From Nageia nagi (taxonomy: Eukaryota; Plantae; Pinophyta), in the NCBI GenBank assembly GCA_050084985.1, contig JBITNC010000001.1, positions 153,078,001-153,142,000 of the forward strand: 64,000 nt of DNA. The letters run 5' to 3'. The translations under genes were made by a program, and so were the position numbers. How positions within the stretch are numbered: position 1 is the stretch's first letter; the number at the start of each line of letters is the position of its first letter. The notes beneath the pieces are model-generated. The model saw only the letters and a program-made list of their open reading frames with translations. It ran no database searches and was not told the origin of the DNA. This document shows, piece after piece, positions 1 through 13,768 of the stretch.

Positions 1-761
1 ATATTTATATTTTTGTATAGTATTTATATATATATATATAAAGAATTTATAAAATCTAAATTGGGTATCAATTCTGAAAACCATGAGAACCATCATTGAG
101 TACAAGATCATTTTGAGATTTATATTTTTCACCATTCAAAAGGATTCAATTTTTGAATCATTTTACCATTGTAAACTTTTCTATTTCAATTATGGTATAA
201 ATATAATACAGAATATTTGAATTTAAATTACATGTTTAGTTACCTATAATTCAATGTGAAACACCAAATTTTAACTCAGCCAACCAGTTATTCAAGAGAA
301 GTATGTGTCTTCTAAAAGTTGATATCGATATCTTTAGAAAGTTGGTATATTCCCGTACAATTATATTTCAAGTTTCTTATATATCTCATGTCTATCAATA
401 ATGGAAAAGAAATGTATTATTTATATGGTTACATGGTACCTTATTGATATTGGTTAAATCAATGGTTTACTTTTTCAAGGCTAAATTAGAATTTATTTTA
501 TTTTTTTGTTTATTTTCAAGGCTATAAGGTACGAAATAGTAAGGCTGATTGAAATCAAAAGTTAAATTTAAAAAAAAAAAAATTAGTTTCAAGACTAAAA
601 GATAGAAAAAGGTAGAATTGTTTGGTGTTTTAACCCTCTAATGGCCTGTATTGGGGTAAAAAAAAGGTAATCCTAATTTTTTAAAAATAAACTTTTTCAT
701 TAAAGAGTTTAAAAAATACACTATTTTGCTTGTAAGAGATGAATAGCCACTAGAAAATCCT

Positions 762-930
762 CGTAACCTACATCATAAAACCTTAAAGCTAGCCTCAAAT
801 CAAAATAAGTAATACATGTCTCCACTTAAAATTCATCATCACATTATAATATTTCAAACATATTACATGGTTTCATTCACATCCTTGATGGTTCTTGATG
901 TGAAATAGTGCCATTGGGTAGGTTGTTACA
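762..930 (-). mobile_element. Truncated 5' end of a Tekay/Del-type LTR (same family as 5322-10387 and 26209-37017)
   Basis: Ends in TTGGGTAGGTTGTTACA (minus strand TGTAACAACC...), the same terminus as at 10371-10387 and 37001-37017. About 170 bp align with 10220-10387. Confidence 0.7.
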
Positions 931-3900
931 TTATGACACTTTTCATGGTTCAAACTTGTAAAAATACTTTATCACCCACAATAAATTCTTGATGAGTTAT
1001 CTTAAGATAAACATAACTTTTTTGTCAATGGGTAGCTTCCTTGAGCTTTAATTGAATGGAATTTAGCTTCTCCTCCATTTGCTTCAACATTTTAGGCTAG
1101 ATCATCACTTGATCCTCTTGATTATTCTAAGATAAAGGAGTCATACATCTCCTTCCATAAAGAACCTCGAAGGGGGCCATTTCGAAATATGAATGATATC
1201 ATTTATTATAAGAAAATTCAACTAAGTAGAGGTAATCCTCCCATTTAGTATTTTGCTCCATTCAGTACATTCTAAGCATGGCACCAAGAACTCTACTCAC
1301 TTTTCAATCTACCCATCTATCTTTGGGTAATATGCTAAACTCATGTTCAATTTCATTTCCAATGCCTTATGCAATGATTTACAAAATATGGAGGTGAAAT
1401 TACAATCCCTATATGAGATGATCACTTTAGGAAATCCATGCAATTTGAAGATTTCATTAGAAAACTTATTGTCCATAGTAGGGGCATCATCAATGGTGTT
1501 ACAAGGTATAAAATGTGCTACCTTAGTCAATCTATCACTAACTACCATAATTTACTCATGATGGAACCTAGTCTTCATAAAATCAACAAATAAATCCATC
1601 GAAATTACTTGCCATTTCTATGTAGGCACATCATGTGGAAATAAATATCTACCTAGATATCGATGTTCTACCTTCACTTTCTAACATTCAAGATACCTTG
1701 CCATAAATTATGCTATATCCTTTTTAGTGCCTACCCTATAAAATCTCTATTTTAGGTCTTCTCTCATCTTTATGCCTATCATATGTGCTACATATAGGGG
1801 ATGATGGGCTTCTTGTATGATCAAACTTCTTAAATTTCCCTTTTCTGGGATGACTAATCTATCATTAAAATAAAGAATTCCTTCCTTTTTAGTAAAGTCT
1901 TGGGATGATGGGGTACCCTTCCCTATCCATTCCTAAATAGATTTGCAATATGGGTTTTCTTCTTGCAAGACTTTTATTTGGTCAAAAAGGTCAAATTAAC
2001 TTCTTATAATGGCATTGATATGTTGTCTATGACTCAGATCATCAACCACCTTGTTCTCTTTTTCTTTTATGTATTCAATACCAAAATTATATTTAGTTAG
2101 TAATCCCATCCATCAACTTTGACTAGCATTTAGATCCAATTGAGTGAATAGGTACTTCAAACATTGGTGATCCATTTCAAGTTTGAAAGGCTTCCCCAAA
2201 AGGTAACATCTCCTCATCTTGAGTGAGTGAACTATAGTTTCCAACTCAAGATCATGAGTTGCATAATTCAACTTGTGTATTTTAGTTTTCTAGATTCAAA
2301 TGCTACTGAGTTTCAATTTTGTGATAACACACCACCCAAACCTTCTAGTGAAACATATGTGCATAGTATAAAATCATTGTTTGCATCAAGGATAGTTAGG
2401 ATCAATGTTGTGGTAAGCTTTTCTTTCAAAGTTGTGAAAGATTTTTCATATTTTTTTATCCATTTGAATAACTTATTCTTTTTTTGAATATTAGTGATGG
2501 GATTGGCTATTTTTAAAAAATCTTTGAAAAATCTTTGATAGTACTTAAATAATCCCATAAAACTCCATACCTCAGTCACATTTATTGGTGCAGGCTAATT
2601 CATTATTTATTCCACATTCTTAGGGTCAACTAAGATTCCTTTTTCAAAGATGATGTGGCCTAGATATTGAATTTGGAAACATAAAAGTCGCATTTTGATC
2701 ATTCCCAGTATAATTAGTTTCTTCATAATGCTTCTAGGGCTAACCTCACATGATGACTATGTTCCTCCTCATTTCTTGAGTATATAAGGATATCATCCAA
2801 AAATACTAACACAAACTTATCTAAGTAATCTTGATAGATACTATTCATCAATTTCATGAATGTTACAAAGGCATTTGTTAGCCCAAAAGGTAATACCATA
2901 AATTCATAGTGTCCATACCTAGTTTTAAAATTTATTTTATGGGTATATGATCCCTTAATTCTTAATTGGTGGTATCCTAATCTAAAACCTATCTTGGAGA
3001 AGATGGTAGCATCCTTGAGTTAGTAAAATAAATAATAAATTCTAGGTAAAGGATACCTATTCCTAATGATGACCTTGTTTAGCATCCTATAATCAATAAA
3101 CAACCTCACAATTATATCTTTATTTTTTAAAAATAACATAGGAGCATTCCATGGTGATACACTAGGTTTTATCAATTCTTTTTCTAATAAGTCTTACAAT
3201 TGTACCATCAACTCCTACTTCGCAACATTATATATGGTGTTCTAGAAATGCGTTCTCCTCTTAGCACTAGATCTATCAAGAAGCCAAATTCTCATTTTGG
3301 GATAATTCAAATATATATTCAAGGAATACATCTTTGTATTCTCTAAACATAGGGTACTTGTTTAGCAATTCTACCTCTTTATCCTCCACTTCCTTAAATT
3401 TAACTACATAAATCATCTCCCTTTTCCTTATGCTTCTTTTAACTTGCATGCTTGTGATCAAGTAAGGTTCAAATGGTCCTTGATCGATGTACACCGTGTA
3501 TTGGTTTTGAGATGCATTACTGTATTCTACCTATCTTTCTTGAGATTCAATTAGACGTTTTTGTGCCATCAACCAAATTATGCCTAATATGATATTGTAA
3601 GATACTAGAGGAACCATATAGAAATCCCACACGATATACCCCTTGGTTAATTCTATTTTAACATTCCTAAAATATTTTCTAACAAGGTATTTTTGTTTAG
3701 ATTCAAACTCCACTTGCCACCCATTTGTCAAAAACTCTAGTACCTTTCACTTGTCCTCAACTAGGTAATTTGAAATAAAATATATGTAGCACCATAATAT
3801 ATTAAAACCTAAATAGATTTGTCACAAATTTTACCAAGGATTTGAAGAGGTGTGGCTTATCCTCTCATCTATGTTGATCCAATAGCTATAAAGATTTGAT

Positions 3901-5321
3901 GTTCTTTGGGTATATCTATCTTCAAGGGCCACTGATTGGCATAGTGAGCTTAGCCACAATTCTAGCATCCATCTCTAGGACTATTCCTTTATTCTAGAAA
4001 CTTATATTTAGGTGTATTATGATTGACTCTCAAGTCTATAAATCCTTGATAATGGTTCTTGGAACCTTGGATTATATTCCTAGGGTTATAATTTTGCTTA
4101 TGGAAGTGTTGATTTCTCCTTTGAAAATCCTTCTTCTTATAACCCTTATTTCCAAATAACCTCTTCTCAAATTTGGGTCAATTACCATCCTTGAAACTAT
4201 GATGATATTCCTTGATATTATTATTTCTTATCTATTATGCTTAATGCTCTAGAATTTTACTCTTCTAGTAGATTTCCTTGTCTTTTTTATTCAGAAGATT
4301 ATAGTTCACAAAGGTCTTTTGATACCCAAATTACTTTCTTCCCTTTTAGCAAGGTCATATGCCTCTTCAAGAATTTTGGGATTCAATACATTTACTACAA
4401 TCTTAATCTTAAGATCTAATCCAATAATAAATCTATGGACCTTCATCTGATTCTTATCTTCAAGAATGTATTTAAGTAGTATGATAAATTTTTGATAATA
4501 GCTTTGAACACTCATGGATCCTTGTTAAGGGGTATAGTATTCCTCATACTTTATATCATAGAAACTTGAAGATTGAATCTCTTATGAAAGGTTACAATAA
4601 ATTTTGGTCACTTTATATACTAGATCCCATGCTCAATCTTGTATGCATTCCACCACTCTAGTGCAATATCTTAAAATTTGTAAGTAGCTCATACCATTTT
4701 GGTTTCCAAAGATAAGCTCTTCATTAAGAAGTCGGTCTCTACTTCTTCTAACCATGCTTATGCTTGCTTTCCTTCTTTCTTACCATTAAATTTTAGATCT
4801 AAGCTTTCTTAAGGTCTATTGTAACTTCTTGTTCAATTCTTGCTTAAATTTGGTCATTCATCCCTTTAGGTCTTGCTTGTTCTAGAATAGATTCTTCTCT
4901 TGGAAGTTTAGCCCATTTATTCAATAGATTGTTTATAATTTCTTGTTGCTCCACCACCTATTGTTGTAACCTTTTGATGGCTTCTTCTCCTTCATTATTC
5001 ATGGTGGAATGACTTGCAAAACTTTCATTTGATTATTGGGAACCCTTTTATTGATATTCCTCATTTTTCTATTCCTTACATTCTAACCCCTAACATTTAT
5101 TCAATTTTCCCTAGCATTGATATTCATGGGAAGGCAATTTCCAAAACCTTGTTACAGGTTTCCCAAAGCTCTTGTTACACATCTTAGAATGGCCTAATTT
5201 GATTCCACAAAGTGTTGTTATCATTAGACTCATGCATAATTGTTTTATATTCCTAAACTCTTACAATAAAAGAGTCATGGACCATAGGTTTGATAGTTTG
5301 AACTTGATGCTCTAGTACTAC
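931..5321 (-). mobile_element. Degenerate Ty3/gypsy (Tekay/Del-like chromovirus) gag-PR-RT-RH-INT internal region
   Basis: RT remnants [18 protein letters not shown] and [11 protein letters not shown] (~2780-2930). RNase H YVSLEGLGGVLSQ (ORF 2313-2579). Integrase VVSDRLTKVAHFIP...KLHGFPKVII (ORF 1309-1548). Degenerate tRNA-Met PBS at 5309-5320. Many stops and frameshifts; the integrase C-terminus is missing at ~931. Confidence 0.9.
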
Positions 5322-8109
5322 TTTAATGCTACCACCTATTCTTGATAACATTTTCATCTATTCTTGACATCCCAAACCCTAAAATTTTATAGCTAATATG
5401 TTTGATTAGTTTAAACACTCAAATGATCTAGGAATGGACCAGGCGATCCATATGAGCGTATTAATGTTGCTAGCTAGTCAGCACTTACAAAGAAAATTTT
5501 CAAATAGTTTTTGGTGTTCACTCCATAATGCTCATCCTATTGGGAGATACCTCATATTTGACCCCACCATTTTAGCTCCGTAAATTATGTAACAAATATT
5601 CTCATCATGGTGTAGTGGTTTCCTAATTGAGGACCATATCGCTCGAGAGAATGTACATCCACTAGATTATGCATCCTCTCTAGATGATAACCCTCTAACT
5701 AATGAGAGTAGATAGTTTATTCTAGGAAAACATCCTTATTGGGTAAATATCATTACCTATGGAATAATTTTCATACTTCTATATGCTAAACTACAAGTAG
5801 TATGCCACTAAATTTCCTTCATTTGATAACCATAGTTCTATTAACTACTACCCAAATCTGATACCCTATCAAGGATATAAGACACTATCTTGCCCATATC
5901 TATTAGCTAGGCTCACCATGGGGTCTGACATCCCCATACCCATATCTTAAGGAGCCATTGGGCTTTGGAACAATACCCTTGAGTGGTTTATATAGTCTAA
6001 TAAAATGTAAGTGAGATTATAAAATAAAACCATCCATGTCATATTGATCCTAAAATAATTGATTATATATCAATTTTTAAGGTTTTTAGGTTGCATGCTC
6101 GTGACCAGCATTAGATGTTATCTATAACAAACCATCATTCACATTTAAAAACCAATAAGTAATAATGTATGCAAGAAGGTTCAAGCCAAGCTTGTCTAGG
6201 AAGTTACACAAGATATTACATAGTACTACAATTTTCCATGTGGTGTTGTGCAGTTAGTAATACTTTATAAGGGTTCTCATGCTAGAATCTAGTAATGTGC
6301 CTTGAGATGGTATTGATTTCAACTACTTCTAAAAAGGAAGTGGGACATAAAGTGATCATCACTCAAGATATATTCCTTTTGCTTTTCATTTAGCGATTGA
6401 GAGTTTGAATAATGAATATTCTATATCACATTTCCTCATTATTGAGAAAACCATAAGTTTCATTCTTTAATTTTATGAAGTTAATTCCATTCTTCTAGGG
6501 TTTATTTTTTAACCTAGATCATTTTTGAGTTTTAACTTTGACCTTCGTTGAAAGATCCATTATTTATTTAGGGCTATAAGAGGGTTTCATTACCATCAAA
6601 CCCATGTCCATTTCTACTCAAAACATGAAGCGACTATTCCTAAGAATATGATTTCTATAGAACTAGTTCCAATCATGTTATAAGCTTTTCCCCTTTTCTC
6701 TTAATAGCAAAATAACACTTACTATTATTTATTAAGAAGATTTATTCTACCAAATCATTGCTATTAGGATATCCCATTTGGTTTCTTTATAATATCTAAG
6801 GACCCATAGGGTCATCCCAATTGTTATAAATTTATATTTGAATAAAGAGTGTAGGATAACCTTATTCTCTTAATTGAGTCGATTTCAATGATATGGGTTA
6901 TACCCTTATGGTTTCATTAGGTACATTAGGATTGTCTTTATATTAATAATTAAGATATATTTTACTTCCCTTAATAATTGAGTTTTTTACTATGTGCATT
7001 AATACAAATGTACTAAATCCCCTTCTATGATCCATTTACAAGTACCTAGGGTTAATAATATCAATCCCTAAGGTTTGATCCATTCTTTAATATAGTATTA
7101 CCAAAGGGTTCTCTTTTATTAGGAATCCTTACTTTTTATACAATGTGGGTTGTAACTTAGCTTGTGAGCATATTGGGACATTAGTATTATATTATACTAT
7201 CACCTATGGCTATAATATACATGAAAGCTAAGTTATTATATCATGTAGGAGCACTAAGATTATCCCATCATATTAATTGCCTTCCTAAGTATCATTTGTA
7301 CTTATATAAGTAAAAACATAATTTGAATTAACATTGACCATTTACATAATAATTCTAATTTATTTCTTTCATTCTCCCCTATCCTTGCACTCATAATGTT
7401 CTTGTGTTACCCATTAATTGTATTCATATGGGAATACATTTCAAGTCCCTACCTTCAAATAAGAACATATCATAGGGTAGACATATTTAAATAAACATTA
7501 ATGGATTACAAGTAGTTGCTAAGTAAGGTTTCATCAAAACTTGCATTCCATATAAAAATTGATACATGATGAAACTAAAGTACAATGAATTAGAGAAACC
7601 CTCATTAATCATAAGAGGCTTCCCTTACAATTTAGATGTACAAATACATGCTAGACATGTAAAATCTTAGTCTATAAGGGCTTCACTATAACTTCATCCT
7701 CCTTGGTGTAAATTCTTCCATCTTCATATTTCAAACTTTTTCCCAAGGATCCAAAGATTATTGGTTTGGGTACTAAGAAAGGTTTGGAGTCTTTGAGGAT
7801 TAGGAAAACCCTTTCTTGTTTATAACCATGATGCAAATGAAAGTATCTATATGACATCTCATTCTTTTAATGGACCTTAAGAAGTTCTATGTCCTCTCTA
7901 GTACTAACTCCCCTCCTTGATCACATGGTAAAAATTTTAATATCTAATCAATACTCATAAACTTTGCTTAAAGTACTATCATTGTAACATTATACTATAC
8001 ATCCTTAATTATTAATTTTATACCATTATAATTTGATTACATGAAATATGAACATATTATTTATTATAATTAATTAATACTTTAGCACATAAATCTTATT
8101 GAACCTTAA

Positions 8110-9200
8110 AAATCTCCGTTTTTTTTACCGACATTATACTAATTATAACAACAGTTTCACATCATACCAAAAAGTTATAAGTCTCTACTATGGTATTAAA
8201 TGTTTAGTTGTGGAATATCTAAAAAAAAAAAGATTTAACTAACCTAGACGTCATCTATTCCAGCGACCCATGCTTTGTAAAAGATAAATTTATTACAGTA
8301 TTACCATAAGAAGTGCATGCTGGAACCCGATCATCGTAGGAGATTTAATGCTTTGCAATTCGGTGATTTCTCTAAAACGTATTGAGAGGGGTCTCATTAG
8401 CAGAGAGATGACATTGGATTCGAAGGAATTGAAAGCATCGAAGTGTTACACGTTACTAAGAAAGCAGGCTTAGGGAGTCCTTTTGGAGGCTTGGGAATAC
8501 AGTAACGTCGTCTCCATTACCTAGGTGCTACTCAGTACGTTTTAGATCTAACAAGGTCCTCTCAAGACTCGGAAAAAAGGTATCACAACTTAGAAGTCTC
8601 TGATGCTTTTCATGGTGTACCTAATAAGGAATCAATACAGAGAAAGAGAGAGGGGCTCATTTGATACGAGCTCAAGAGATATAGTTCCTAAGGTGCGAGA
8701 GGGTTCCCAATCAATCATAGAGGTGAGGCAGAAATAAATCCCTTTCTTTCAGATTCGCAAAGGGGCTACGCAAGCATGGGATGAGAACACTGCCACAAAG
8801 TAAATGATCGCATGAACATAAAAAAATGTATGGAAAGGATCTCAGGTTTTTCCTCCCTTGGCTACACTATTTTACGAATAGAAAACAACTTTAATCGACG
8901 CTCTATAACGTTGGAAAGTTTAACTAGACAAGGTTGCAGATTTTAACATTTCACTATAAATGTATCGTGGGGAGAAGACATCCTCACATGATAAATATTA
9001 TCTCCACACTTTACGTATTACGCCATCTCGTGGTCTTCATGATGGACGTTGAAAAGTTGCTTAGAAATCTTACGAGGATGGCAGGAGGCTAAGGGTGAAA
9101 TTCAGGCCTTGACTAAAACAACTCCTTTGAGCATTCATGTCGTGGGGTATGCAAAGAATAGTATTTTCAACCAATAAATTAATACATGCATCATACGACT
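8110..9200. other. CpG-retaining non-coding island inside LTR copy A
   Basis: About 30 CpGs in ~1.1 kb versus only a few per kb in the flanks. Higher GC, no ORF >=60 aa, and no counterpart in LTR copy B. Confidence 0.8.
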
Positions 9201-9569
9201 ATGGTACTCAATTTCTAGCAAATTTGAAATGAAAAATAATAAACTATACCTCCTTGGAAGACAAGAGGTACAAAGCTTCACATGTAACTATCAAATAAAA
9301 TAATGAAGTGTCTCTTCAATAAGTGGTAATACTATTACTAGCAATTTAACCTAATTAATATGTCTTCATAAATCTTCATCAAGCATTCTCTTCTTCAAAA
9401 CATACCAAATAATATCAAATGAATCCATATTTTAGCTAGACCTTATATAAAATGCAAAAAGGAAAGCACCTGGACTTGAGATGGGAGGCTTCTTCTCTCC
9501 ATGGGACTCTAAACCCAAGGTTTTGAATGACGAGGTGGTATTAGTGTATTTTCCTAAGGTTCCTCCCTT

Positions 9570-9580
9570 TATTTATAGCC
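9570..9580 (-). promoter_or_regulatory. Putative LTR TATA box (GGCTATAAATA on minus)
   Basis: Conserved at the equivalent position in LTR copy B (~36228-36237, GGCTATAAGT on minus). Followed on minus by an (AG)/(CT)-rich R-like segment. Confidence 0.55.
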
Positions 9581-12500
9581 AAGGTGGCTATAATATTTCC
9601 AAACAAGTGTCTATTTATCTACTTCAATAATTTTTGTGGAGAAGATGTAAGTATTGTATTTTTGGTGTAATAGGTCTAAATTAATTTTTTTAGTAAGTGT
9701 GTTGTCATAAAATATTTGGACTCTTTTATATTAAACTACAAATTGATTCCAATTATGTCATACACCTCACACAAAGAAACAAAGTGTGTGGGGATCCTAT
9801 CTCAATTATTTTCACAAACTACCAAAATACCTTTGTAACATCCATAGCATGATAATAGTTGTTTTTAACTATGACTTTTAAATTTCACCCCATTTCACTG
9901 AAAACCTTAAGTGAAATTTTTAAATTCGAAAGAATGGAATATTCCATACCTCTAATTTTGAAAATGCATATTAATATTTTAACACTCACTTTTACTTATG
10001 GTGATCCCTTCATCCTATAAGGCAAGTTCATTAGTGCACACATATATCATCAAAATTAACTATTATGCTTAATATTTATGTCATGCATCTATATGATCTA
10101 CAATGATCATTTGTGTTTGTCAACGAACCAATGCCAATCAGTTTTTACTCTTAATAATTCATTCCTATCACCAACTCACCCGTGGTCCCTTGGGTATTTA
10201 ACTGAACTTTCCATCTCGAGTCAACCTATAACCTGTGTCATAAAATCTTGAAGTCAACATCAAATCGATACAAATAATGTATATATCTACTCAAAATTAG
10301 TCATCACATAACATAATTCAGACTTAATCTCATTAAAATCATCGATGGTATTTGATTCTTATGTGTGCAATTGGATGGGTTGTTACACTCGGCTACTAGG
10401 TTTCGGATATTACTACATTCTAACTATCAATAATTAAATAAAATGTTACATTTTTTAGAAAAGGGAAAAAGAAGTTTGGTAGATGAACAAAGAATGGGGA
10501 GATATCAAAATTGAAAGGAGTGACAAAGTCACCATTAAAACATCATGTAACACAACATTTTCAACTGGCTCTTTAGTGACTTCATCTTGAACATCTTCAT
10601 GATCTCTTCCACCTTGCCTTATGTATATATTGGGATTATGAAATATGGTCTTAATAGAGATTAACATTTTCATGTGGCCTTAATAGAAATGAACATCTTC
10701 ATAATCTCTTCCACCTCTCTTTGTGTATATACTGGTATGGATTATGAAAAATATAGATGGTAGTGAAACTTACCAATCCCACTTGAAGTTATAGGAGCAT
10801 TCACTAACTTCGAGATAAGATATTGGACAACATGATTCAAGCTCATCAAGTTATTAACTTGCTTGTAAATTTTTTAATTGATTTAAATATTTAAATATGG
10901 TTCTTCAGTTGTTGGACCCATGTTATGATTAACACTTAAAATTTTCCTTCCTTCTAGAGTGGTGGTATAATATCTTCATATATATATGCTAGCTCTTTTG
11001 TTATATAATATTTTTATAGTTTGAAGATAGAATTTATATCTCACAACTCACTACATAATTCCACTAGATGTATTTTTGTAATTTTCAAGAGTAATATCTT
11101 CTTGGAATCCTATGAAAATTGGGATATCTTCTATATCATGGCTATTGTTTCCTATTCTTTTACTTTATTTATTTCATCTAAACCTATTATCTTTATGTAT
11201 CAATATGTCTACAAAATTTTTGAATGCCAAAGTGGCATCTTCCAAGTCACCAAGTAGTTTTCTAATTTTCATTAATTTTGGTATCTTGGTTGCTAGAAAA
11301 TCAACCAATGTACTCTTTGTATCATCTAGAATATCAATTAAATACTAATTGTCCTTATTCAGAGAAGCTTTTATTTCTTCCTTCTCTTATAGCTCTTCCT
11401 TTTGCTCTCTACCTCTCCATTACTATCCTTTGCTAACTTCTTCTTTAGCTCTCCCTCCTAGGCTTTAGTATTTGCTAACTCTTTGTTAGTTTCCTCTAGT
11501 AGTGCTATGGATTTATTCAATTTTATCTATCTTTTCAAATCAACAACATTCATTTTTTCTCTTAAGCTTTGATTTTCATCTTCTACAACTTTAATATTTT
11601 TCATGAAGCTCTTCTTTTTACTTTTCTCTTTATCCATCTTATTTAATAGGGAAATAATTTTGGCCTTAGAATTTTCTAAATTTCATCCCATCCTATGCAT
11701 TATCAAGACTAAGTATTATCTTTGGTCATTAGTATGGGCCTTGTCCATGTGATCTTCAATTTGGTGACTGGAGTCACCACTCTTCTTTTCTTCTCCCTTA
11801 TCTTATACTTTCTACATTCAAAATTCTAAGGTCTTGTTACCCTTATGTTCTACTTTTATAACATAGTGCTTGGGTTCTAACTTCTCTTGGATTTGCTACT
11901 TTGGAGGAGAAGGTACACTTATTTCAAGGGCTACTCATTGATTTTAATAAATCAATCCACTAGATTATTCCTTCAGAATTTTTAGATTTATAATTTTTGG
12001 CTTTTCCAATGGTTGCAATGTACCCTCTTGTGGGTTTGTGTTCTTAGTTTCTCTTCATTCCTTGTTCTTTCTACCTAAACCCCTTGGGTTTTTAGTAGTA
12101 GGCCATAGAAATTATTCTTTGGTCTTTTTTCACAAATTTTTTATTTTAATTATAATGTTTTATCCCTTGGTCATCTCCTTGGTTATCTGGTTGAGAGTTC
12201 TTTTATAGAGGACTTGCCTCTTGAATTTTATTTCTTAGGAGTTGTTTCCTTCTCTACTTCTTCATTCTTTGAATATTGATGATTCTTACTAGGCACAATA
12301 TCCTCCATAGGATCTACTTTTTATGCTTCTTCCTATACTGTATCTCTCATGAATCTACCAAACTTAATAGATTATAGGTTTTTTAATGTGCATGCTTCAT
12401 ATTTTAAGTGAGTTAAAAAATACATCTAGGTGGAAGTCTACCCCATAACTTATAGCTAATTCTCAAGAGTAGGAGTGAGAAATAATTCTTTGTCTTGGTG

Positions 12501-13335
12501 CTCCATTACTTTTTATTTGGATACAAATATAGGTTCATCAAATTGAAGTTAAATATTTACAAATATTAGCTTATTCATCTTTCATATTGGCAAAATTATC
12601 CAAATAAGGTATTTCTTCATGCTTAAACCTAGGAGGTTTATTATATCCCATAACTATTGAGGTTATGGTGCCTAGCTTATCATAGCAAGGCCATGGAATA
12701 TCCATTATTTGTAAATGAAATTCTTTAATCATATATTCCTTACTGCTTGCATAATCTTATCCCATAAAATCTAAGGTTATCAATAACATTGCATAGGGGT
12801 ACTTCACAAACCCTCTCAAATGCCTTGCAACTCCCCATAGTACTTCTCATTGATTTATTTTTTTGGAAAATTCTTGTACCTAGACCTGCCTTATTACATA
12901 CTTAGGAAAAATAAGTGGGGTGTATGAAAATCCATATATCAAAATAATCATTCTAATCTTCATCAAATACCAATATCCGAATTTCACTTCATTTATATGT
13001 AAGTATAACCTACACTTCTTATGGAGTATGGGAAATGGTGATCTAGTAATTACTAACCAAGCTAGGAAAAATAAAATCTACAAACTTATAACAAGACCTT
13101 ATATTATTTTTCCTCAACATATGGCATTTAAGGTGAATGCCTTGTCTGGAAATTGGAGGATTTAATATTACTCTTTGAAATATAAAAGGATTTTGATATA
13201 GATCAAACCATACCATATATATTGAATAGTTTAATTATTCTCTTTTGTTGAGCCTTTCTAATTTGTAATAAATTTCTCTTAAAATGACTTTTACGTAATC
13301 AAAGTAGAAGTCCCCTTGCTTTATAACTTGGGTAA

Positions 13336-13768
13336 TGAAACAACATTCAAGAACTGGACACTCACTAATATGATTCAATTGGCAAATCTAAAGTACAATT
13401 TATAGGACCTCAATGAGTAACTAATCTAAGCTCATGGAGTTTACAATTTTGACCAAAAATGAATGACAAATCCACTAAGAATCTACTAAAATTAGCTGAA
13501 TGGGAGTTACATTCATGTTCTAGACCACTCTCCCGTAATTCTTGATAAGTAATAGACTTTACATGAATGTCCAACAAACAAAAAGTAACCAAAATATAAT
13601 AAATATTTGTAACTATCCATAATACTAACAAAAAATGGATGGTCTCTAGAAACACAGTTACATTTTGAAAATACGATGGGTTGGCATAAAATATGACTAC
13701 ATTTTGGTAGAGGATGAAATGCGACCATGTTTCATTCTGGTAGAGTTTTAAAACTCAAAGCTACAACA
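13336..13768 (-). repeat. Copia 3' LTR (433 bp)
   Basis: TG...CA ends; roughly 80% identical to 18008-18454. Confidence 0.9.

Larger units (their letters stand above)
5322..10387 (-). mobile_element. ~5 kb 5' LTR of the Tekay/Del-like element (LTR copy A)
   Basis: Abuts the PBS at 5309-5320 and starts TGTAACAACC on minus at 10387. 5322-8190 aligns with 26209-28830, and 9170-10387 aligns with 35820-37017. Confidence 0.75.

Noticed and set aside
8281-9180. Protein-coding or viral gene in the CpG island
   Set aside because: No ORF >=60 aa in the six-frame track, and the plus frames I translated have frequent stops and no recognisable motif. A translated search is still needed.
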